DNA of 7,478 nucleotides from a virus. Taxonomy: Duplodnaviria > Heunggongvirae > Uroviricota > Caudoviricetes. Positions within the stretch are counted from its first letter, which is position 1. Each line of letters begins with the position of its first letter. The position numbers were made by a program, and so were the translations under genes. The notes below the pieces were generated by a model. That model was not told the origin of the DNA, searched no databases, and saw nothing but the letters and a program-made list of their open reading frames with translations. The stretch is from the IMG/VR virus record IMGVR_UViG_2548876938_000002, positions 1 to 7,478 of that record; one strand, written 5' to 3'. This document shows, in pieces, positions 1 to 5,326 of this stretch.

Positions 1-720
1 ATAAACGAGCTGGTGATGTCGGTGGCGCTGACGTCATATTCCAGACAGCCACGGCGAATAACGTCTTTTGCCTTGAGCACCATTGCGGTTTTCATTTCCG
101 GCGTGTAGCGGATATCGCGCGCGGCGGGATAGAACGAGCGCACGAGCTGGAACACGCCGACACCGAGGCCGGTGGCATCAATACCGATGTATTCGACGTT
201 GTATTTTTCGGTGAGTTTGCGGATGGATTCCGCCTGGGTGGCAAAGTCCATGCCTTTCCACTGATGGCGCTCAAGTATTCTGAATTTGCCACCGGCCACC
301 ACCGGCGGTGCCAGCACCACGCATCCGGCGCTGTCGCCACGGTGTGACGGGTCGTAACCAATCCATACCGGGCGGGAGCCGAACGGATTGGTGGCAAACG
401 GCGCGTAGTCTTCCCATTCTTCCAGCGTGTCGACCATGCAGCGTTGCAGCTCCTCGAACGGGAACACTGACGCCTTGTCGTCAACAAATTCACACATGAA
501 CAGGTTTTTAAAATCGTCGGCGCTGTTTTCGCGTTTGAGCTGCTCAATGTCGAACAGCGTGCAGCCGCCTTTCAGCGCGTCCTCAATGGTGACAATCTGC
601 CGCCACTGGCCGTCCGCACAGAGAAGACCTCCGGCAAGTGCGTTATGACTGACGTCGATTTCCACGCGTTCAGCGGCGCTGGCGCGTCCCCGGTTAAACA
701 GTTCACCGGACCAGAACGGG
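1..720 (-). pseudogene. Phage terminase large subunit, C-terminal (nuclease-domain) fragment; 5'-truncated, 3' end runs off the window start
   Basis: Hand translation of the minus strand (codons aligned to plus positions 3-5, 6-8 ...) gives an open frame from 821 down to position 1 with no stop. It reads ...WIGYDPSHRGDSAGCVVLAPP...KFRILERHQWKGMDFATQAESIRKLTEKYNVEYIGIDATGLGVGVFQLVRSFYPAARDIRYTPEMKTAMVLKAKDVIRRGCLEYDVS..., which resembles terminase large-subunit nuclease-domain motifs. No ATPase (Walker) region lies upstream; the first ATG is at 779 and the residues before ~720 are antisense to the gpI fragment. The ORF track omitted it because no stop lies in the window. Confidence 0.55.
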
Positions 721-732
721 TATCTGATTGAG

Positions 733-1047
733 GTGAGGGAGTGGTGGCAACTCAATGAGGAGCCGGGGACGTTCCGCATCGTTGTTGGCGTGCTTGAGCA
801 GGGTATTACCGAGGAAATGTATCAGGAGCTGGAGCGCCTCGTTGCTGATGCAAAACCGGCGAGCCGCCATCTGACGGGACTGGCTATCAGTTTAAGTACA
901 ACCGGCAACATTTTTGCCGGTGCGGGATGCTATCACGGTGACGCCCTGACGGTTTATCCCTACACCCCGGAGGCCATTATTGTCGGAGGGGATTATTTCC
1001 CGGCCTCGGCCATTCATTTAATTGATAACCTGAGAGTAAACGCATGA
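733..1047 (+). pseudogene. I: Baseplate assembly protein gpI-like, C-terminal fragment (N-terminally truncated)
   Basis: The 104-aa ORF (VREWWQLNEEPGTFRIVVGVLEQGITEEMYQELERLVADAKPASRHLTGL...) matches my memory of the C-terminal half of P2 gpI. It starts at GTG with no ATG; its frame opens only at 649 and the in-frame residues before ~718 look unrelated. Its stop overlaps the tail-fibre start (ATGA at 1044..1047), as at the I-H junction of P2-like phages. Confidence 0.5.
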
Positions 1048-2222
1048 CAGTGAAATACTACGCCATTCTGACTAATCAGGGCGCAGCACGGCTGGCTAAC
1101 GCGACGATGCTCGGCAGTAAGCTGAATCTGACGCAAATGGCCGTTGGTGATGCGAATGGTGTCTTGCCGACACCAGACCCGGCACAGACAAAACTGATTA
1201 ACCAGAAACGCATCGCGCCGCTGAATCTTCTGAGTGTTGACCCGAACAACCAGAGCCAGATTATTGCGGAGCAAATCATCCCTGAGAACGAGGGCGGATT
1301 CTGGATCCGTGAGATTGGGCTTTATGATGATGAAGGCGTACTCATTGCGGTGGCGAACTGCCCGGAAACGTACAAACCGCAGTTGCAGGAAGGCAGTGGT
1401 CGTACCCAGACTATCCGCATGATTCTGGTTGTCACGAATACCGAAGCCATCACGCTGAAAATCGACCCGTCGGTGGTACTGGCGACCCGTAAATACGTGG
1501 ATGATGAAGTCCTGGAATTAAGGCTGTATGTGGATGACCAGATGAGAAACCACATTGTCGCACAGGATCCTCATACCCAGTATGCGCAGAAACATAATCC
1601 GACATTTACCGGAGAACCAAAAGCGCCGACGCCTGCCGCAGGAAATAACACCACGCGGATTGCGACCACTGCGTTTGTACAGGCCGCTATTACCGCTCTG
1701 ATTAACGGCGCGCCAGCCACGCTGGACACACTGAAAGAAATTGCCGCAGCCATTAACAATGACCCGAAATTCAGTACCACCATTAACAATGCGCTGTCAG
1801 GTAAGCAGCCACTGGATGAGACGCTGACTCATTTGAGTGGAAAGGATGTTGCCGGTCTTCTCGCATACCTTGGTTTGGGAGAAGCGGCTAAAAGGAATGT
1901 AGGGACAGGGGCGAATCAGATACCTGATATGGGTAGCTTCACGCTTTCTGTTTCAGGTACTGGATATCAAAAATTACCATCAGGTTTTATTCTTCAGTGG
2001 GGCTCAATCGGCGCTCCAGGCATTGCACAGGATGTAGTAACCCATTTCCCGATTGCATTTCCAAACAGATGTCTGCGTGTTTTGGTCTCACAAGACTACA
2101 CACCAGATAGCGGGGCTGTTGGTTATATTGCCTGTGCAGGTTTTAGTCCCGACCCGGTTAAATTTATATCCAGAGCCAGTACTCCTGGCCTCGGCGCTTC
2201 ATTTTTAGCGTTAGGCTGTTAA
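1044..2222 (+). CDS. H: Tail fibre protein (P2 gpH-like); constant N-terminal part 1044..~1871 fused to the currently expressed variable C-terminal tip 1884..2222
   Basis: The N-terminus ([20 protein letters not shown]...[18 protein letters not shown]...[23 protein letters not shown]...[23 protein letters not shown]) resembles the conserved N-terminal domain of P2 H. The conserved ...[24 protein letters not shown]...YLGLGE motif sits just before the crossover site, and an unrelated tip follows. Confidence 0.85.
   Translation: MTVKYYAILTNQGAARLANATMLGSKLNLTQMAVGDANGVLPTPDPAQTKLINQKRIAPLNLLSVDPNNQSQIIAEQIIPENEGGFWIREIGLYDDEGVLIAVANCPETYKPQLQEGSGRTQTIRMILVVTNTEAITLKIDPSVVLATRKYVDDEVLELRLYVDDQMRNHIVAQDPHTQYAQKHNPTFTGEPKAPTPAAGNNTTRIATTAFVQAAITALINGAPATLDTLKEIAAAINNDPKFSTTINNALSGKQPLDETLTHLSGKDVAGLLAYLGLGEAAKRNVGTGANQIPDMGSFTLSVSGTGYQKLPSGFILQWGSIGAPGIAQDVVTHFPIAFPNRCLRVLVSQDYTPDSGAVGYIACAGFSPDPVKFISRASTPGLGASFLALGC
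1858..1883. other. Left crossover site of the invertible segment (gix/cix/pix/hix-like 26-bp site): TTCTCGCATACC-TT-GGTTTGGGAGAA
   Basis: Read directly from the sequence. It is a 26-bp imperfect dyad with a central TT at 1870..1871, and its right half-site GGTTTGGGAGAA is identical to the inverted half-site at 3693..3704. It lies inside the fibre gene at the YLGLGE codons and resembles the hix/gix pattern TTCT..AAACC..GGTTT..A.AA as I recall it. Confidence 0.8.
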
Positions 2223-2243
2223 TTTAGCTATATGGAGTGAAAA

Positions 2244-2684
2244 ATGAATTACATATATTCCGCGACTACAAACTCTTTCTATCCGCTGGAGATGAAAGAG
2301 GATTACACTCAAGCTGACTCATGGCCAGATGATGCTGTTGAAGTTGATGAGCAAGTGTATATTGAGTTTTCCGGATTACCGCCGAAAGGAAAAATCCGTA
2401 TCGCTGGAGAAAATGGTTTTCCTGCATGGTCTGAAATTCCACCACCAACACATGAGGAACAGATTGCTGCAGCCGAACTGGAAAAGCAGCAACTGATTAA
2501 TCAGGCCAACGATTATATGAACAGTAAACAATGGGCTGGTAAAGCGGCTATTGGTCGTCTGAAAGGTGAGGAACTGGCGCAATATAATTTGTGGCTGGAT
2601 TATCTGGACGCACTGGAGCTGGTCGATACTTCCGGTGCGCCAGATATTGAATGGCCTACGCCTCCGGCAGTTCAGGCCAGATGA
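2244..2684 (+). CDS. Tail fibre assembly protein (Tfa, gpG/U-like) paired with the plus-strand tip
   Basis: 146 aa, with GGAG at 2234..2237 ten nt upstream of the ATG. The C-terminus ...QYNLWLDYLDALELVDTSGAPDIEWPTPP is the typical conserved Tfa C-terminal motif. It lies directly downstream of the fibre gene. Confidence 0.85.
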   Translation: MNYIYSATTNSFYPLEMKEDYTQADSWPDDAVEVDEQVYIEFSGLPPKGKIRIAGENGFPAWSEIPPPTHEEQIAAAELEKQQLINQANDYMNSKQWAGKAAIGRLKGEELAQYNLWLDYLDALELVDTSGAPDIEWPTPPAVQAR

Positions 2685-3249
2685 CATCCGGCGCGGTGCT
2701 GGTATCTGTTGCCGTCACCGCGTCAATGTAATCCAGCACAGCGTTAAGCCGGGTTGTTTCTGCCTGCGTCAGTTTCCGCCCGGCCTGTAATTTCAGCTGA
2801 ATCAGACTAATGGAAGCCATTGCTGCATCAATCAGTGACTGGCGCTGTGCTTCTGCCGCTTCTACTGCGGCACTGTGTTGTGCCTCAGTATCTGTCACCC
2901 ATTTCTCACCATCCCATTTATCATATGGCGTTAACGGTGAAAGCGTGACATAACCGTTTTTGATGGCACCGATATAATCCACTGTAACAGCTGCGCCATT
3001 TTCGATTGAGTAAACAGTCTCATTGCGATGGTCCTCTTCATGGCTCCATCCCTTACCTGTAAATACAGCCACTTTTCCCGGAATGTTTTCGCCAGGGTCA
3101 ATACCAGTGGAACAGGCGGGCATACTTACACCAGTATTAATATATTCATCAGACCAGCCCGTATATTCATACGTTACTGCATCATAATAAAAACAACGCA
3201 TATCACCCGGCACTGTAGCCAGTCCATTTTCATCAAAAACAGGTTTCAT
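2656..3249 (-). CDS. Alternative tail fibre assembly protein (Tfa-prime), paired with the minus-strand tip
   Basis: 197 aa ending ...LNAVLDYIDAVTATDTSTAPDVIWPELPEA (Tfa C-terminal motif), with an N-terminal part resembling E. coli prophage TfaE-type chaperones. Its ATG (3249..3247) overlaps the stop of the upstream tip ORF as TAATG, indicating translational coupling. Confidence 0.85.
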   Translation of the reverse strand: MKPVFDENGLATVPGDMRCFYYDAVTYEYTGWSDEYINTGVSMPACSTGIDPGENIPGKVAVFTGKGWSHEEDHRNETVYSIENGAAVTVDYIGAIKNGYVTLSPLTPYDKWDGEKWVTDTEAQHSAAVEAAEAQRQSLIDAAMASISLIQLKLQAGRKLTQAETTRLNAVLDYIDAVTATDTSTAPDVIWPELPEA

Positions 3250-3705
3250 TATTTAGCCCTCACCAGAAAGTTAAATGCAATGTTACGTGGTCTGACGGCA
3301 ATAAAATTAACACCATCTCCTACTGAGTTACTGGTGTACTGAAATCGAGAGAAACCTGGTTGGTGTGCTGATATTCCATCGTAATCAGCAATCGCATGGC
3401 CGGACCCTTCTGGATAATTACCGCCAAATTGCGATAAAGCTGTTGCTGCCTGCCAGCTTAATAATGCTCGCCCACTGTCCGCCCCTCGCCCATCATCCCA
3501 GATACGAATGAAATCACCGCGGGCTTCAGGTAATACCAGCGAAGGAAACACTTTTGCCAGCACAGGGTAATCAGAGGCAGAAAATTTCGCCCCGTTGAAC
3601 TTCAAAAACACCATACTGGACCAGCTATCGATTACAGTATTTGGCATTGCAGCGGACGGCCAGAAGAACGGAACGCCAATAGCTGGAGCACCTTCTCCCA
3701 AACCA
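3249..3705 (-). CDS. Alternative (currently silent) tail fibre C-terminal tip, promoterless and startless, expressed only after inversion as a fusion to the constant part of the fibre gene
   Basis: The minus-strand frame reads ...IFINVGLGEGAPAIGVPFFWPS...FNGAKFSASDYPVLAKVFPSLVLPEARGDFIRIWDDGRGADSGRALLSWQAATALSQFGG...GSGHA...FNFLVRAK. The GLGE codons lie in the crossover site in the same phase as in the plus-strand fibre gene. The C-terminal part resembles the phage tail-collar fibre domain. The ORF-track Met at 3746 lies outside the invertible segment and is probably artefactual. Confidence 0.75.
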
Positions 3706-3718
3706 ACGTTTATGAAAA
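3693..3718. other. Right crossover site of the invertible segment: TTCTCCCAAACC-AA-CGTTTATGAAAA (inverted relative to the left site)
   Basis: Read directly. It is 26 bp with a central AA at 3705..3706 (TT on the other strand), and its half-site TTCTCCCAAACC is the exact reverse complement of GGTTTGGGAGAA in the left site. It lies ~55 bp upstream of the invertase start. Confidence 0.8.
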
Positions 3719-3773
3719 TGCAGAGATAACGGGCAACTGGCATCATCTCCGGTTTTTATTCAGGGGGATGCTC

Positions 3774-4367
3774 ATGCTTATTGGCTATGTACGCGTGTCA
3801 ACAAATGACCAGAACACGGAATTGCAGCGTAACGCGCTGGAGTGCGCAGGATGCGAGCGGATTTTTGAGGATAAAATCAGCGGCACGAAGTCCGACCGAC
3901 CGGGACTGAAAAAACTGCTCAGAACATTATCAGCATGTGACACTCTGGTAGTCTGGAAGCTGGACAGGCTGGGGCGTAGTATGCGGCATCTGGTCATTCT
4001 GGTTGAGGAACTGCGCGAACGCGGCGTTAATTTTCGCAGTCTGACGGATGCTATTGATACCAGCACGCCGATGGGGCGTTTTTTCTTTCATGTGATGGGG
4101 GCCCTGGCTGAAATGGAGCGAGAACTCATTGTCGAGCGGACTCGGGCCGGGCTGGAAGCGGCCAGAGCCAAAGGTCGTATTGGTGGCAGACGTCCTAAAC
4201 TCTCCACGAGTGAGTGGGAGCAGGCCGGGCGTTTGCTGGCTGCAGGGGAGTCACGTCAACGCGTGGCACTGATTTTTGATATTGGTCTGTCCACGCTCTA
4301 TAAAAAATTTCCCTCATCAGCGACAAAGAATAAATTGTGTCATCCCTTAGCCAACCGGGACAAATAG
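3774..4367 (+). CDS. Site-specific DNA invertase, serine recombinase of the Gin/Cin/Pin/Hin family
   Basis: The product MLIGYVRVSTNDQNTELQRNAL...DTLVVWKLDRLGRSMRHLV...RSLTDAIDTSTPMGRFFFHVMGALAEMERELIVERTRAGLEAARAKGRIGGRRPKL...GLSTLYKKF has the catalytic-serine motif (YVRVS), the resolvase/invertase catalytic domain and a C-terminal helix-turn-helix. It is close to the Pin/Gin sequences as I recall them. I prefer the ATG at 3774 (AGGGGGA at 3762..3768, 5-nt spacer) to the ORF-track start at 3768. Confidence 0.9.
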   Translation: MLIGYVRVSTNDQNTELQRNALECAGCERIFEDKISGTKSDRPGLKKLLRTLSACDTLVVWKLDRLGRSMRHLVILVEELRERGVNFRSLTDAIDTSTPMGRFFFHVMGALAEMERELIVERTRAGLEAARAKGRIGGRRPKLSTSEWEQAGRLLAAGESRQRVALIFDIGLSTLYKKFPSSATKNKLCHPLANRDK

Positions 4368-4426
4368 CCTGACATCTCCGGCACAACTGAAAATATCACT
4401 CACCCATTAACCACGGAGTTAAACGG

Positions 4427-5298
4427 ATGAGTGACTATCATCACGGCGTGCAGGTGCTGGAGATTAACGACGGCACCCGCGTCATTTCCACCGTATCCAC
4501 TGCCATTGTCGGCATGGTCTGCACGGCCAGCGATGCGGATGCGGAAACCTTCCCCCTCAATAAACCGGTGCTGATTACCAATGTGCAGAGCGCAATTGCA
4601 AAGGCCGGTAAAAAAGGCACGCTGGCGGCATCGTTGCAGGCCATCGCCGACCAGTCAAAACCGGTCACCGTTGTTGTGCGTGTGGAAGACGGCACCGGCG
4701 ACGACGAGGAAACGAAACTTGCGCAGACCGTTTCCAATATCATCGGCACCACCGACGAAAACGGTCAGTACACCGGACTGAAAGCCCTGCTGGCGGCAGA
4801 GTCGGTACCGGCATCAGCGCCTCTGTATTCTGGGATTTGCAGGAGTCCGGCACCGATGCTGACCTGCTTAACGAGTCAGGCGTCACTACGCTGATTCGCC
4901 GCGACGGTTTCCGCTTCTGGGGTAACCGTACCTGCTCCGATGACCCGCTGTTCCTCTTTGAAAACTACACCCGCACCGCGCAGGTGCTGGCCGACACGAT
5001 GGCTGAGGCGCACATGTGGGCAGTGGACAAGCCCATCACCGCAACGCTGATTCGCGACATCGTTGACGGCATTAATGCCAAATTCCGTGAGCTGAAAACA
5101 AACGGCTATATCGTGGATGCGACCTGCTGGTTCAGCGAAGAATCCAACGATGCGGAAACCCTCAAGGCCGGAAAACTGTATATCGACTACGACTATACAC
5201 CGGTGACCGAGCAGGAAGTCGCCGCGCTGGAACTGCCTGACCTTGTGGCGCTGGCCGGTAAGGTGGTCGGTTTTTTGTCGCCGAACTCGGTGCAGTGA
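4427..5298 (+). pseudogene. FI: Tail sheath gene (P2 FI-like) remnant: frame change near 4808 and 3' end fused near 5206 to the C-terminal codons of a tail-chaperone (gpE-like) frame
   Basis: Two overlapping ORFs in different frames (4427..4894 frame 2; 4837..5298 frame 1) both read as sheath protein ([54 protein letters not shown]... and ...[40 protein letters not shown]...[11 protein letters not shown]). Together they span ~290 codons, whereas P2-type sheaths are ~390 aa. GGAG at 4415..4418 precedes the ATG. The last ~30 codons ([30 protein letters not shown]) match my memory of the gpE C-terminus and contain the slippery heptamer. Confidence 0.65.
5271..5277 (+). promoter_or_regulatory. 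Programmed -1 frameshift slippery heptamer T_TTT_TTG of the tail-chaperone E/E' module (relic)
   Basis: TTTTTTG sits in X_XXY_YYZ phase relative to the frame ending at 5298 (codons ttt ttg = F L), about 7 codons before that stop. The -1 frame is open from 5241 to 5573 and reads [29 protein letters not shown]... This is the classic position for the tail assembly chaperone frameshift (lambda G/GT, P2 E/E+E'). Confidence 0.5.
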
Positions 5299-5326
5299 CG
5301 TTTCCGAAAAATCTCTCGGTCGATGA

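Larger units (their letters stand above)
1870..3706. other. Invertible DNA segment (G/C/P-segment analogue, ~1.84 kb) carrying two alternative fibre tips and two tail-fibre assembly genes
   Basis: The segment is bounded by the two inverted 26-bp sites and sits next to a serine invertase gene. Its content (tip, tfa, then convergent tfa and tip on the other strand) mirrors Mu G and P1 C segments. Spot GC counts inside it are lower than in the flanks. Confidence 0.75.

Noticed and set aside
92-547. 151-aa minus-strand ORF, and plus-strand ORFs 308..499 and 427..648
   Set aside because: They are out of frame with, or antisense to, the terminase-like reading frame that spans 1..720 on the minus strand. 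Their products are Ser/Arg/Cys-rich low-complexity strings with no recognisable motif.
1014-1789. Small ORFs inside the tail fibre gene (1014..1274 -, 1076..1279 -, 1234..1422 +, 1322..1555 -, 1571..1789 -)
   Set aside because: All are nested within the well-supported fibre CDS, in antisense or alternative frames, and their products look like frame artefacts.
2266-3342. ORFs 2266..2451 -, 2376..2687 -, 2566..2790 + and 3028..3342 +
   Set aside because: They are antisense or out-of-frame overlaps of the two chaperone genes and the silent tip, with no start-site support or motifs.
1870-3706. Possibility of a multi-site shufflon or Min-type multiple-inversion system
   Set aside because: Only two copies of the GGTTTGGGAGAA half-site were found by eye and only two tips are present. 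A computational search for degenerate sites was not possible, so this is a provisional rejection.
3746-3768. Met start of the minus-strand tip ORF at 3746 and invertase start at 3768
   Set aside because: The tip has no need of its own start because it is expressed as a fusion after inversion, and 3746 lies outside the invertible segment. For the invertase, the ATG at 3774 gives the canonical MLIGYVRVS N-terminus with a well-spaced Shine-Dalgarno, so 3768 is less likely.
3785-4386. Minus-strand ORFs 3785..4066 and 4195..4386
   Set aside because: They are antisense to the strongly supported invertase CDS.
4441-4781. ORFs 4441..4752 - and 4581..4781 + inside the sheath remnant
   Set aside because: They are alternative-frame or antisense readings of sheath coding sequence, and the plus-strand one is Arg/Pro-rich nonsense.
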